A stretch of DNA of 64,000 bases, from the NCBI GenBank assembly GCA_963702005.1, contig OY969696.1:4032001-4096000 (forward strand), given 5' to 3'. Numbering within the stretch: position 1 is the first letter of the stretch; each line of letters begins with the position of its first letter. The notes under the pieces were generated by a model that was not told where the DNA came from, did not search any database, and saw only the letters and a program-made list of their open reading frames with translations. This document shows, in pieces, positions 1-11,198 of this stretch. The stretch comes from Candidatus Aminicenantes bacterium. GTDB lineage: Bacteria > Acidobacteriota > Aminicenantia > Aminicenantales > JAFGBC01. A program made the position numbers and the translations under genes.

Positions 1-28
1 CAAACTTATGCGCTTCATGATGGACACC

Positions 29-610
29 TCAGCGGAGGCCGATGACCTCGATCGTCCAGGCATAGTCCTTGTTCTCCTCGATTTTGATCGTGGTCGACGC
101 GACTTCCCGCCCGTCGCTGAGCCGTGTCGCCTTGAGATACCGCTCGCCCATGGGGACATCCATGATCCAGCGGTTTTCGTCGTCGGCCAGGTCGAACCGG
201 TATTGACCGTCCATGGACACGGCCACGTCGATCCCCGAGTTGTTGGTGACGTTGATGTCGGGCGGGTTGTCGATCGTCCAGGAATAGTCGATCTTGGAGG
301 TGACGTCGATCGTCGTCGAACCGATGACGATATCGGTCCCGGTCCGCTTGGCCGTCAGGACATGCTCATCGAGAGAGACGTCGTCGATCTCGATCGTCAT
401 CTTGTTGGCGATCGTGAACTTGAATGCGCCGTCCATGTACAGGTCCGCGGCTTCCCCGTAATCATTGACGATGATGATATCGGCCTCTCCCCCGCTGGGG
501 CTGGTCGGGCTCTTGCAGCCGGCCGCGGCCAGAGCCAGGGCCAGGATCCCCAAGGCGATCAGGCCGCTCCGCAGCGTCCGCGGCCTCAAGCCCGCCGGTT
601 GGGCTTTCAT
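29..610 (-). CDS. Lipoprotein with two internal PEGA-like beta-sandwich repeats (paralog of 1311-1898)
   Basis: ATG at 610 overlaps the upstream stop (ATGA); lipobox LAAAGC; two repeats each ending STTIxx...DYxWTI. Confidence 0.75.
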   Translation of the reverse strand: MKAQPAGLRPRTLRSGLIALGILALALAAAGCKSPTSPSGGEADIIIVNDYGEAADLYMDGAFKFTIANKMTIEIDDVSLDEHVLTAKRTGTDIVIGSTTIDVTSKIDYSWTIDNPPDINVTNNSGIDVAVSMDGQYRFDLADDENRWIMDVPMGERYLKATRLSDGREVASTTIKIEENKDYAWTIEVIGLR

Positions 611-1314
611 TTCTCGGCGTCCTCGTCGGTTTCGGCCGATTCGCCGCCGCCGAAATGAAAGACGAGTCCGGCCCGGATGCCCAGAAAACCCTGCCGGCCG
701 AAGCCGTTCGTCCCGAATTTCGCCGCGTCCTTGGCGAACAGCAAATGATAGTCGGCCTCGGCCGAGAGGAACAGCCTCGACCAAAGCTTAATTTCGATCC
801 CCAGCCCTCCGTTCAAGTCCAGGCTGGTCTTGGAGAACCGTTCGTCGCTGTTGTCGGGAACGGCCAGATACGATCCTCCAAAAGCTTGGGAGCTGACTCG
901 CCAGGGACAGAGCCCCATCCCCAGCGTCAGATACGGCTCGACGCTTCCCCCCGAGGCGAGGAACACGGTCCCGCCCAGCGTATACATGGGGAGGACCAGG
1001 GCGGGTTTCTGGTCCGTATAGCCGGAGGGCCTTTTCTCGGCCTTGAGGAACATCCAGTTGTAGCCGTAGCCGGCGTCGAGGGCAAGATGGGGGGCAAGGC
1101 GATAGCGAAGGACGAGGCCGAGTCCGGCGCCGGGAATGACCGTGTCCCGAAGGGTTGCCGAATCGCTGTAAGCCCCGTGGATCGAGAGCAGCATCCCAGG
1201 ATGGAGGCCGATGCTGAGATAGCGTGCATACTCGGCCCGAGACGTTCCTACGGCCGGGATCGCCAGGAGCATTATGGCGATGAAACGTTTGATCACGGCG
1301 GCCCCGCTTGTCAT
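607..1314 (-). CDS. Outer-membrane beta-barrel protein
   Basis: Signal peptide, alternating beta strands, EPYLTLGMG and GLGIEIKL motifs, terminal GLVFHF; start 1314 coupled to the upstream stop. Confidence 0.75.
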   Translation of the reverse strand: MTSGAAVIKRFIAIMLLAIPAVGTSRAEYARYLSIGLHPGMLLSIHGAYSDSATLRDTVIPGAGLGLVLRYRLAPHLALDAGYGYNWMFLKAEKRPSGYTDQKPALVLPMYTLGGTVFLASGGSVEPYLTLGMGLCPWRVSSQAFGGSYLAVPDNSDERFSKTSLDLNGGLGIEIKLWSRLFLSAEADYHLLFAKDAAKFGTNGFGRQGFLGIRAGLVFHFGGGESAETDEDAEK

Positions 1315-1898
1315 TGGATCGTCCATGTGTAATCCTTGTTGGCCTCGACGTCGATCGTGGTCGAGGCCACCTCCTTGCCGTCGCTGACCTTGAGCGCCTT
1401 CATGAAATGCTCCCCGAACGCGACATTCATGATCCAGCGGTTCTCTTCATCCGCCACGTCGAAGAGATACGTCCCGTCCATGGTGACCTTCAGGGACACT
1501 CCGTATTTGTTGGTCACGTTGATGTCCGGGGGGTCGCCGATCGACCAGGTGTAGTCCTGGTAGGCGGTCACGTCGATGGTCGTTTCATCGACGACGGTGG
1601 CCGTGCCGGCCCGCTTCGCCTGGAGGTCGTGCTCGTCGAGCGAGACATTATGGATCTTCTTGCTGTCGCCGTCCGCCACGGCAAATTGAAACGTCCCGCC
1701 CATGTAGATGTCAAGCGTCTCGCCGTAGCCGTTGCTGACGATGATTCGAGCTTGCTCATCGTCGCTGGTCGTGGTCGTGTCGGATTTGGGGCCGAAAATG
1801 CTCTCGCAGCCGGCCAAGACCAGGACCAGAATCGTGGTCACGATCAGAAGACCGATGCTCACAATAAAATCCCATTCAGGCTTCTTCCTGTGTGTCAT
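1311..1898 (-). CDS. Lipoprotein with two PEGA-like repeats
   Basis: Lipobox LAGC; near-identical segments to 29-610 (PPDINVTN, ENRWIM, EVASTTI). Confidence 0.8.
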   Translation of the reverse strand: MTHRKKPEWDFIVSIGLLIVTTILVLVLAGCESIFGPKSDTTTTSDDEQARIIVSNGYGETLDIYMGGTFQFAVADGDSKKIHNVSLDEHDLQAKRAGTATVVDETTIDVTAYQDYTWSIGDPPDINVTNKYGVSLKVTMDGTYLFDVADEENRWIMNVAFGEHFMKALKVSDGKEVASTTIDVEANKDYTWTIQ

Positions 1899-2030
1899 AT
1901 AAAACCTCGCCTCTCTATCGTCCTCTCGTTAGATGACGGCGGTCCGCGATCCATTCCGGCCCCGCGCAAAATAATTGACCGGGCCGGGTTTCAGGGAAGA
2001 GGGGAGCCGCCGTGCGCCGGACGGCCGCGG

Positions 2031-3388
2031 CTAATCGTGACGAAGGGCCTTGACCGGGTCGACCAGCGCGGCCCGGTGGGCGGGGTAGATGCCGGCGGCC
2101 AGGCTGACCGCGACGGCGAAGCCCAGCGCCCCGGCGAACAGCCACCAAGGAAAGGCGAAGTAATCGATGGCCGGGACGCCCTGCCGGGCGAGCAGGACGT
2201 TGACGATCCGGTTGATGACCCGGCTGACGACCCATCCCAGTCCATAGCCGAACAGCCCGCCGGCGAAGCCGATGATGCTCGATTCAAAAAAGAAGACGGC
2301 GCGGACGTCCCCGTCGCCGGCCCCGACGGCCTTCATGATCCCGATCTCGCGGGTCCGCTCCAGGATCGACATGACCATGGTGTTGACGATCCCCAGGGCG
2401 GCGACGAAGATGGCGATCATGCCGATCGCCGCCAGGATCATGTCCAGGTAGAAGAAAGCCCGGCGGACTTCGCTGAATTGGTCGGCCAGGGCGAAGGTCG
2501 AAAACCCCATTTTCTTAATTCGGGCTTTAACGGCCTCCAGATCCCGGGGAGAGGACAGCCGGACGTTGAGGGCGGCGTAGCCTTTCGTCCCCTCTTGGAG
2601 ACGAAAGATGTCCCAGATGCTGGTGAAGGGGAGCTTCTTGATCTTGCCGGCCGCCCCCGGCGGAATCATCAGCTCGTTCCAGACCGATCCCGGCCCAAAG
2701 CCGGTGCTCTCGCTGACGCCGACGATCCTGAACTCATAGGTCTCTTGGGAGACCGGGAGCTTCCCTCCCTGGAAAATCGAGGATAAATCCATGGGATTGA
2801 GACGGCCCAGGTCGAACGACACCGACGCGATCTCGATCGGCTTCCCGACGGCGGAGGCCGGATCCTTGATATCGAGGCGGCGGAGGAGATATTCGTTGAC
2901 GATGATCTCGTCGGCATCGTCCGAGAGATACGGTTTCCCCGACCTGAGCTTGATCATCCGGGAGGCCGCGATCTTGGCCGGCAGGATCTGGACCAGCCGG
3001 AACTCCTCGCGGCCGTTGAACCGGACCAGGGCGGGGAAGCTCAGGTCGGGATAGACGGAGTCGACGCCCCGGATCTTGGAGATATCTTCGAGCGCCCGGT
3101 CGTCGAGGGCGGTCTTGGCCGCTCCGGACGGGACTCTCCTCGGCTGGGACGGGTTGGGCCTGTCCGGGTCCGAGCCGCCCGGTCCCGACCCCGACGGGAA
3201 GACGGTGATCGCGTTGAAAAGCTCGAGGCTGTTAAAGGTCTCGGTCACGTTCTTCTGCATGCCGGTGCCGAAGGACATCATCGAGACCAGGGCGCCGATC
3301 CCGACCACGACCCCGGCCGTGGTCAGAAGGGTCCGCAGCTTCACCTTCCAGAGGTTCGACAGCGAGAGCTCGAGATGGTCGCGGAACC

Positions 3389-3392
<4 letters not shown>
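2031..3392 (-). CDS. ABC transporter permease, MacB/FtsX family
   Basis: KLRTLLTTAGVVVG N-terminus, ERTREIGIMKAVGA, YPAHRAALVDPVKALRHD C-terminus. Confidence 0.93.
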
Positions 3393-4117
<725 letters not shown>

Positions 4118-4177
4118 CGCATGTCCTGGACTCTTTTTAATACGTAAAAATTCCGCCCGGGATTATCGCCGACCGAC

Positions 4178-4224
4178 TGAAGCCCCGCGGACTTACGTCC
4201 GTGGAATCCCGCGAAGGGGATCGA
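4178..4224. repeat. Short single-hairpin palindromic element, collapsed version of 11196-11321
   Basis: tgaagccccgcggacttacgtccgtggaatcccgcgaaggggat: 5' part matches the left end and 3' part matches the right end of the 11196 element. Confidence 0.8.
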
Positions 4225-4303
4225 CGCATTTGAAATCATTTGTTTTTTATTATAACGTAACTGTCCTTGAGGAAAAAATCCGCGAAGGAACGAGGAGGCG
4301 CCG

Positions 4304-6784
4304 ATGATAACCGCCTTGATGAAAATCATCCGGATCACCCTGGCCGTCCTGATTGTCATCCCGTCCCTGCTGTGCGCGTCCCTGGAAGTCCGGTCGGTGA
4401 CGAAGGCCCAAGACCTGCCCGAGCCCTTCTGCGGCGCCTGGCGGAGCGGGGATTGGCTCGTCTCGAACGGCCGGTTCCTGGCCCTCGTGGGCGGAACGGA
4501 CCGGACCCTCAAGACAACGCTCAACCTCCCGACCGGAAGCCTCAAGGGGAGCATCATCGGTTTCGTCCCGGCCGGAAAAGGATTGGCCAATACCTTGATC
4601 ATAGGCGCGCCGGCTCTCCTCATCAAGGACCGGACTCGATACCTGACTTATGAATCCGCGCGCCCTCTGCCGGGTCAAGCCGGCCGGACCCTGTCCTTGG
4701 AATGCGATGCCCGATACGGGGACGCGAACGGGCACAAGGCGCGAGTGAAGACGACCTATCGTTTCAGCGCCGGGTCGGACCGGATCGAGATCCTCTCGAC
4801 TTTGACCAATACCGGCAGCGCGGCCTTCAAGGACCTGGGCTTCTACATCTATTTCAACGCCCAGAGCTCCTATTCCTTCAATCCCTACAATCGGGAGCGC
4901 TTCCCCGGCCTCAATTTCCGGGTCTACCAGAAGCCCGGCCATTTTCTGGGCTGGATCAACCCTAATCCCCTGCCGTCCGAAGACGATCCCCTGCCCGGGA
5001 CCCTCGCGCCCGGAGCTTCCTACGCCGTCCGCTATTATCTGTTCGTGGACGAGAAGCCCGAAACCCTCCTGGCCTCGATCTACCGGGAACTCAATATCAA
5101 GCCGCTGACGGCCCGGCTGTTCTTCGAGGAGTATCGGGGCGATCGTCTGGAGGTCATCGTGCGCGACCCCGTTTCCACCTCGACCTTCTTCCGGGCTTTC
5201 CTCGAAAATCGGCCCGGCCAGGACGCCGTCCTTCCCGCGGGAATCTACGAGGTCACGGCCAATCTCTTCCCCGCCGTCGCCAAGAAATACTTGAACGTCA
5301 CGCCGGGCGTCGCGGCCGAATGCGTCTTCAAGGCCCCGGCGCTGGCTACCGTCAAGCTCAAGCTCCAGGACGGGCTGGGCAAGCCCGTCCCGGGCAAGGT
5401 CACCTTCATCGGCCTCTCCCCGACTCCGACGCCCTATTTCCAGCCCACTGATCCGATCGCGACCGGGCGGGGCTGGGAAGGGTTCAGAAATCACGTCTTC
5501 CCCAAGGCCAAAAGCGAGGAGGTCGCGCTCCCGGCCGGGAGCTATCTCGTGACGGCCTCCTGCGGTCCCGAGTATTCGATCGAAGAGGAGGTCGTGAGCC
5601 TCCTCGAAAATGACAGTCGCGAGATCGTCATGACCATCGACAGGGCAGTGCCGACGCCCGGCCTCATCGGCCTCGACCCCCATCTGCACACCCAGTTCTC
5701 GGACGGGAGCAATCGGATCCCGGACCGCGTCCTGTCCCTGGCCGCGGAGGGCGTCGACGTGGCCGTAGCCACGGATCACAATTTCGTCAACGATTACGCG
5801 CCGGCCCTGGCCGAGCTCGGGCTCCAAGACCGCCTGGCCGTCTTCTCTGGGACCGAGGTTACCGCACCCGACAACTTCATTCACTTCAACGTCTATCCCT
5901 TGACTCCGGCGCCCGACGAGGACAACAACGGGGCGGTCTCGGCCTTGGGAGGGAGCCCGGAAGCCCTGCTCGCGGCCGCCCGCGAGAAGTCGGCCTCGGC
6001 CCTGCGTCAGCTCAACCATCCCCGCTCCGGCAGTCTGGGCTTCTTCAACAATTACGACCTCGACCCGGAGGCGGCCGCCTCGGCCTCGCCCGGGTTCAGC
6101 ACGGACTTCGACGTCATGGAGGCCATGAACGGCCCGGTCTTCTACGGGGGAAACGATCGGGCCGTGGCCGACTGGCTTCATCTCCTGAACCGAGGCTATT
6201 TCTTCCCGGTCGTCGGCTCCTCGGACACCCATGCCATCGACGGCGAGGAGCCGGGCTATTCCCGGACCTATGTCAGGTACACGGGCGGCGAGGGCCGCGC
6301 CCTGGACCGGCCCGCCCTCTTCGACGCCGTCCGCAAAGGGCGTTCATTCGTCTCGAACGGGCCGATCGTCGAGCTCAAGGTCGACGACCGCGCCGAATCC
6401 GGGGATACCCTGACCAGCCGCGACGGGAAGGTCTCGGTCCAGATCGAAGTCCGTGGCGCGCCCTGGCTCGACGTCGACGAAGTCTGCCTGATCATCAACG
6501 GCGAACCGGGCCTCATATTCCCGGTCGAGCCTTCTCATGGCGCCGTGGGGAAGTTCCGCCAGCGGGTCGGCCTGACTCTCGCCCGCGATTCGTACATCGT
6601 CTGCCAGGTCATGGGGAGGCGGCCGCTCTATCCCGTCGTCCAGGTCAACGCCCGGAGCGCCGAAGAGGCGGCCCTGCCCTACGCCATCACGAACCCGGTC
6701 TTCATCGACGTCGACGGGAACGGGCGCTACGACGCGCCTCTCCCCCGCGAGATCCGGATCGGCGACGGGGCCCGGAAACCCTGA
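4304..6784 (+). CDS. Secreted CehA/McbA-family PHP-domain metallohydrolase
   Basis: Signal peptide; DPHLHTQFSDG, ATDHN, LNHPR, GSSDTH motifs; C-terminal AITNPVFIDVDG. Confidence 0.88.
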   Translation: MITALMKIIRITLAVLIVIPSLLCASLEVRSVTKAQDLPEPFCGAWRSGDWLVSNGRFLALVGGTDRTLKTTLNLPTGSLKGSIIGFVPAGKGLANTLIIGAPALLIKDRTRYLTYESARPLPGQAGRTLSLECDARYGDANGHKARVKTTYRFSAGSDRIEILSTLTNTGSAAFKDLGFYIYFNAQSSYSFNPYNRERFPGLNFRVYQKPGHFLGWINPNPLPSEDDPLPGTLAPGASYAVRYYLFVDEKPETLLASIYRELNIKPLTARLFFEEYRGDRLEVIVRDPVSTSTFFRAFLENRPGQDAVLPAGIYEVTANLFPAVAKKYLNVTPGVAAECVFKAPALATVKLKLQDGLGKPVPGKVTFIGLSPTPTPYFQPTDPIATGRGWEGFRNHVFPKAKSEEVALPAGSYLVTASCGPEYSIEEEVVSLLENDSREIVMTIDRAVPTPGLIGLDPHLHTQFSDGSNRIPDRVLSLAAEGVDVAVATDHNFVNDYAPALAELGLQDRLAVFSGTEVTAPDNFIHFNVYPLTPAPDEDNNGAVSALGGSPEALLAAAREKSASALRQLNHPRSGSLGFFNNYDLDPEAAASASPGFSTDFDVMEAMNGPVFYGGNDRAVADWLHLLNRGYFFPVVGSSDTHAIDGEEPGYSRTYVRYTGGEGRALDRPALFDAVRKGRSFVSNGPIVELKVDDRAESGDTLTSRDGKVSVQIEVRGAPWLDVDEVCLIINGEPGLIFPVEPSHGAVGKFRQRVGLTLARDSYIVCQVMGRRPLYPVVQVNARSAEEAALPYAITNPVFIDVDGNGRYDAPLPREIRIGDGARKP

Positions 6785-6811
6785 GTTCCTATCACGCCTG
6801 AAAGGATAGCG

Positions 6812-7435
6812 ATGCCATCCCATTCGGTTGACGGACCTAAGGCGGCCGGCGCGGAGGGATTTTCGCTGATCGGACCGCTCCGGCCGGACGCCTTCGCCAG
6901 CGTCCCCAACCTCATCACCCTGGCGCGCTTGGCCGGGTCCCTCGTCTTCTTTATTCTGGCCATCCTGCGCCAGAACCCGCTCTATAACTATATCGGGCTC
7001 GGCGTCCATTGGCTGGGCGATTTATCCGACGGCTACTACGCCCGGCTGTTCCGGCAGGAGACCGTCCTCGGCGCCGAGATCGATATCATCGCCGACCGGG
7101 TCGAGACTCTTTTCTTCTTCCTGAACTTCCTCCACGTCCGGCCCTGGCTGTTCCTGCCGGTGACCCTCTATCTCCTGGACTTCGCCTTCGTCGATTTCTA
7201 CCTCAGCAACCGCTTCCGCGCTTTCGGCCTCATCTCGCCCAACTATTTCTACGAGGTCGACGGCCGGGTCTATCGCTGGAACTTCAGCCCGGCCGGGAAA
7301 TTCGTCAACTCGACGGTCGTGACCCTCGCCCTCATTTTTCTCCCCCGGATGTTCTGGCCCCTCCCCGCGCTTCTCGCTTGCATTTTGATCGGAATTAAAT
7401 TATGTTCAATTGACATCCTTCGCAGAAAACGATAA
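6812..7435 (+). CDS. CDP-alcohol phosphatidyltransferase family protein
   Basis: PNLITLARL and D-x2-DG-x2-AR-x8-G-x3-D-x3-D-like motif (DLSDGYYARLFRQETVLGAEIDIIADR). Confidence 0.88.
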   Translation: MPSHSVDGPKAAGAEGFSLIGPLRPDAFASVPNLITLARLAGSLVFFILAILRQNPLYNYIGLGVHWLGDLSDGYYARLFRQETVLGAEIDIIADRVETLFFFLNFLHVRPWLFLPVTLYLLDFAFVDFYLSNRFRAFGLISPNYFYEVDGRVYRWNFSPAGKFVNSTVVTLALIFLPRMFWPLPALLACILIGIKLCSIDILRRKR

Positions 7436-7457
7436 CCCTGACCGAGAAAGGAGCTCG

Positions 7458-8453
7458 ATGGAATCCAAGGCCCGGACCCGATCGCTGGCCCGGCGGGGCA
7501 TCGTCAATTTCATCCGACGGCGGCCCTTCTGCATCTCCTTCGAAGTCACTTACAACTGCAACGCCCGCTGCAAGCACTGCCATCTGGGCGGAAAGGCCAA
7601 CCCCCCCGATGAAGCGCGCGCGACGGCCGCCCGGTTCGGCGAGCTCAGCCGTCGTTTCAAGCCGGTCGTCGCCCAGGTCTCGGGCGGCGAGCCCCTTCTC
7701 CGCCCCGATATCGAGGACATCATCCGGGCCATCCGCGTCCCGGACCGCGCCCCTTACATCATCCTGACCACGAACGGCGCCCTCCTGACCCGGGCCAAGT
7801 ACGACAAGCTCATCGCCGCCGGCGTTGACGAATTCTCGCTGTCCTTTGATTATCCCGACGAGCGCCACGACGAGTTCCGGGCCATCCCCGGCCTGTTCGA
7901 GAAGATCCGGACGCTGATGGAAAGCTTCGGGCCGGACGAGACGAAGGCCGTCACCCTCTCGGGCGTCGTCCAGCGCTACAACTTCCGCGACCTCGAAGCC
8001 TTGGCCGAGCAGGCCCGGGCTTGGGGGGTGCGCATGAACTTCAGCACCTATACCTGGCTTCGGACCCAGAAGAAGGAGTACATGATCCCGGCCGAGGAAA
8101 TGGCCGAGTTCAAGGCCGTCGTCGGCCGCCTCCTCGAGCACAAGCGCCGCTTCGATACGATCTACACCTCGGAATACGTCTTCCGGAACATGATCGCCTT
8201 CTTCGAGAACGGATCGGTCCCGGACTGCCGGGCCGGCATCCGCTTCTTCGTCGTCAACCCGAGCGGGTCGCTTTCCCCCTGCGGACTGATCATCAAGGAT
8301 TATGCCTCGCCCCGCCAGATCCGGCGGGATTTCCTCAGGCACAACGACTGCACTTTCTGTTACACCTCGATCCGGGGCGGCTCGGAACGCCCCGTCAAGT
8401 ACCTCGTCAAGGACAACATCCACAGGCTCCGCCGCCCCGAGAAGGCCGCATGA
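7458..8453 (+). CDS. Radical SAM protein with a C-terminal Cys cluster (Twitch/SPASM-like)
   Basis: CNARCKHC, SGGEPLLR, TTNG; C-terminal CRAG...PCG...CTFC; RBS aaggag before ATG 7458. Confidence 0.9.
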   Translation: MESKARTRSLARRGIVNFIRRRPFCISFEVTYNCNARCKHCHLGGKANPPDEARATAARFGELSRRFKPVVAQVSGGEPLLRPDIEDIIRAIRVPDRAPYIILTTNGALLTRAKYDKLIAAGVDEFSLSFDYPDERHDEFRAIPGLFEKIRTLMESFGPDETKAVTLSGVVQRYNFRDLEALAEQARAWGVRMNFSTYTWLRTQKKEYMIPAEEMAEFKAVVGRLLEHKRRFDTIYTSEYVFRNMIAFFENGSVPDCRAGIRFFVVNPSGSLSPCGLIIKDYASPRQIRRDFLRHNDCTFCYTSIRGGSERPVKYLVKDNIHRLRRPEKAA

Positions 8454-9163
8454 ACGACGGGAAAGAAAATCCCGCCCTCGAAAATCAGATTCTGGTCGAA
8501 GCGGAAAGGATTCCGCTCCCCTCCGAACGGGTCCGGCGCCGGATCAGGACGCTGTTGTTCATCTTCCAGCTCACGTTTGTCGCGACCTTGCTGACCCTGT
8601 GGATCGCGGCGCCCGCCCTCCGGCGGAGCAAGAGCCTGTGGATCCTGTTCTTTTACTGCTTCCCGGCCGAGTTTCTGGTCGCCACGGTCCCTCACGAGCC
8701 CGTCCTGCTTTTTTTCTCCAAATTTTACGGACCCATGACCATCGCCCTGGTCTCGATCGCCGGGACGGCCCTGACCGAAGTCATCAATTATTCCGTGTTC
8801 AGGTACGTGGCCGACCTCAAGGTCTTCCAGAAAATGCTCCAGAGCCGCGGCGTCCAAAAGCTCGTCGCCTGGTTCAAAAAAGCGCCCTTCATTTCGCTCT
8901 GGGTGGCCGGGTTCACGCCCATCCCCTTTTATCCGTTCCGTTTTCTGGTCGTCCTGGCCCGCTACCCCCTTTGGAAGTATATCCTGGCCGTCGTGACCTC
9001 GCGGACGCCCCGCTTCTTCATCCTGGGTTTGGCGGGCGGGGCTATCAAATTGTCCGATACCCTGCTCGTCCTGCTCATGGTGGTCCTGCTTTCGGTGGGC
9101 GTCGCACCCATCCTGGGCAAGCTGCTTAAAAAGAGGAAGAAGACTCCAGCCCCCGCGGAATAA
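8450..9163 (+). CDS. DedA/VTT (SNARE-associated) family membrane protein
   Basis: ATGA overlap with the radical SAM stop; hydrophobic segments; FTPIPFYPFRFL...YPLWKYILAVVTSRTPRF. Confidence 0.8.
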   Translation: MNDGKENPALENQILVEAERIPLPSERVRRRIRTLLFIFQLTFVATLLTLWIAAPALRRSKSLWILFFYCFPAEFLVATVPHEPVLLFFSKFYGPMTIALVSIAGTALTEVINYSVFRYVADLKVFQKMLQSRGVQKLVAWFKKAPFISLWVAGFTPIPFYPFRFLVVLARYPLWKYILAVVTSRTPRFFILGLAGGAIKLSDTLLVLLMVVLLSVGVAPILGKLLKKRKKTPAPAE

Positions 9164-9257
9164 TTCTGGGGACACACGACTTAATTCACTGCATTATTTC
9201 TGCAAATACGTCAATTATTTCCCCGGAATTAAGTCGTGTGTCCCCAGAATTATTCCG
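9156..9257. repeat. Perfect 32-bp inverted repeat (REPIN/MITE-like)
   Basis: 9156-9187 cggaataattctggggacacacgacttaattc is the exact reverse complement of 9226-9257. Confidence 0.9.
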
Positions 9258-9264
9258 GGGAATT

Positions 9265-9294
9265 TTGACATCTGGCGGGCCGAAGTGCTATAAA
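9265..9294 (+). promoter_or_regulatory. Sigma70-like promoter for the DAG kinase gene
   Basis: TTGACA (9265) then TGcTATAAA extended -10. Confidence 0.6.
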
Positions 9295-9318
9295 TACACG
9301 GCTTAGAGGCGTCACGGC

Positions 9319-10239
9319 ATGAGCTCCAAAACGGCGGCGATGGACAAGACGGCCTGCATCATCAACCCCCGGGCCGCCAACAGGAAGTGGCTGCGCCGGG
9401 GCAGGATGAGGGAAGACCTCCGCCGCGCCCTGCCCGGGCGCGTCCACGACACCCTGGGCGAACGGGAGCTGACGATCGGCCTCGCCCGCGATTCCTGCCG
9501 CGATTCGGACCTGGTGGTCGCCATCGGCGGGGACGGGACCGTGGCCGACGTCCTCCAGGGCATCCTCGACTCGGGCAAGACGAAGGACATCGTCTTCGGC
9601 ATCATCCCCTTTGGGAGCGGGAACGCCTTCCGCAAATCCTTCGGCATTCCCAAGAATCCCACCAAGGCCCTCCGCGTCCTGAGCGAAGGCGAGCCGCGCG
9701 AGGCAGACCTCATCCGGGTCGAGGACCGGGTCGCCGGGTTCGTCAGCGTCGGGGCCACGGCCGCCGTCACCGCGAAAAAACTCGACCACGAAATCCACGG
9801 CATGCTGGGGCACCTGCTGGCCGCGCGCAAGATGTTCCTGCTTCCCGCGACCGACAAGGAGGTCGAGCTCTTCGACGGCCTCGACGACAAAGGCGGGACC
9901 TTCCGGCACAAGACGCTCCGCAGCCGTTTCTTCGACTGCGTCATCGCCAAGACGAACTACTTCGGCTACAGCTGGAAGATCGCTCCCAAGGCCCGCGCCG
10001 ACGACGGCTTTCTCGACATCACCTTTTTCGAGCTCTCGCCGCCGCGCTATCTCCTATCTTTTCCCCTCATCTACTTCGGCCTGTTCCAGCGGACCCAGAA
10101 GCACTTCAAGGCTAAAAAGATCGTCATCAAAGGGAAAGAGCTGCCGATCCAATACAACGGCGAGTTCCTGGGCCGGCGGGAGCGGGTCGAGCTCGAGGTC
10201 TGGCCCAAAGCCGTCAGGATCCTCTGCCCCAAGACATAA
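9319..10239 (+). CDS. Diacylglycerol/lipid kinase family protein (YegS/DgkB-like)
   Basis: IINPRA, GGDGT, IPFGSGNAF, ARADDGFLD, IQYNGE. Confidence 0.92.
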   Translation: MSSKTAAMDKTACIINPRAANRKWLRRGRMREDLRRALPGRVHDTLGERELTIGLARDSCRDSDLVVAIGGDGTVADVLQGILDSGKTKDIVFGIIPFGSGNAFRKSFGIPKNPTKALRVLSEGEPREADLIRVEDRVAGFVSVGATAAVTAKKLDHEIHGMLGHLLAARKMFLLPATDKEVELFDGLDDKGGTFRHKTLRSRFFDCVIAKTNYFGYSWKIAPKARADDGFLDITFFELSPPRYLLSFPLIYFGLFQRTQKHFKAKKIVIKGKELPIQYNGEFLGRRERVELEVWPKAVRILCPKT

Positions 10240-10319
10240 TCCATAATCGCCCCCGACCGTACCCTTCCCTGGTATAATAGGGCTGTCGAGATGTTGAATA
10301 TCATCCGCGAAGGAGGGCC

Positions 10320-11198
10320 TTGAGCGGAGCGTCGGGACCTGCCAAAGGCATCGGCCTGATCGTTTTATGCATTGTTCTCCTGTCCTCCTCCGGCATCGCT
10401 CTCGAGGACGGGGAGCGCTTCGGGGACGGACCGAGCGGAGAATCAGCGAACTGGTTTCGGGACGAAGGGGATTATCTCGTCCATTTGACTCTCCGGGACG
10501 CTTCCCCCAGAGATCCTCTATTGTTCGTTTTGAGCGATATGTCCTCGTTCGAGACATGCATCGGGAAGCGCCTGCGGCTGGGCTCTCCCGCCAAATGGTT
10601 CCACTGGGGGATCGATTTCAGCGTCTTCACCTCGTTGACCCGCTACGGCGTCTGGAATTTTAAGAACATTACCTGCGACGCCCGGTACGGCCTATTTGGC
10701 CTTTTTTATATAAAGCCGGCCATCCTGCTGCTCCGCCTGGGGCACGACTGCTCCAACTTTCTGCAAGGAGCCCCGGAGTTTTCCAAACCCATTAGGTTCT
10801 CCCAATATTACGTCTACGGCCAGCTTCTCTGGCCGATAAGTCTTGACTCTGTCCCGGGCATCAAATCGTTGAAACCCTATGCCGGAGTAGGGGTTTATCT
10901 TTATCAATATCCACAGTCCTACCATCTTCCCTTCGATTTCGGGCTTGGCATCGAATCCAAGGAGTTTCTTTTTCCCCATAAAACTCTTCATCTCGGGATT
11001 GAATGTTCCTTCAACGGCATGCAACGCTATGCGCCGACCTGCGGCCTGTTCCTGGGCTGGGGGACGTCGACAGAAATCAGCAATGCCCGCCTGCCGTTTT
11101 CCTTCGGCGTTTTTTATCAATGGGGGCAGGACGCCAGAGGCCAGTACTACGAACGGAAACGCCGGCTCCTGGGGATTAAAATCAACATGTTTTACTGA
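10320..11198 (+). CDS. Hypothetical exported protein, possibly beta-barrel (DUF1207-like)
   Basis: RBS aggagg; signal peptide; aromatic beta-rich sequence; lower GC than neighbours. Confidence 0.55.
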   Translation: MSGASGPAKGIGLIVLCIVLLSSSGIALEDGERFGDGPSGESANWFRDEGDYLVHLTLRDASPRDPLLFVLSDMSSFETCIGKRLRLGSPAKWFHWGIDFSVFTSLTRYGVWNFKNITCDARYGLFGLFYIKPAILLLRLGHDCSNFLQGAPEFSKPIRFSQYYVYGQLLWPISLDSVPGIKSLKPYAGVGVYLYQYPQSYHLPFDFGLGIESKEFLFPHKTLHLGIECSFNGMQRYAPTCGLFLGWGTSTEISNARLPFSFGVFYQWGQDARGQYYERKRRLLGIKINMFY

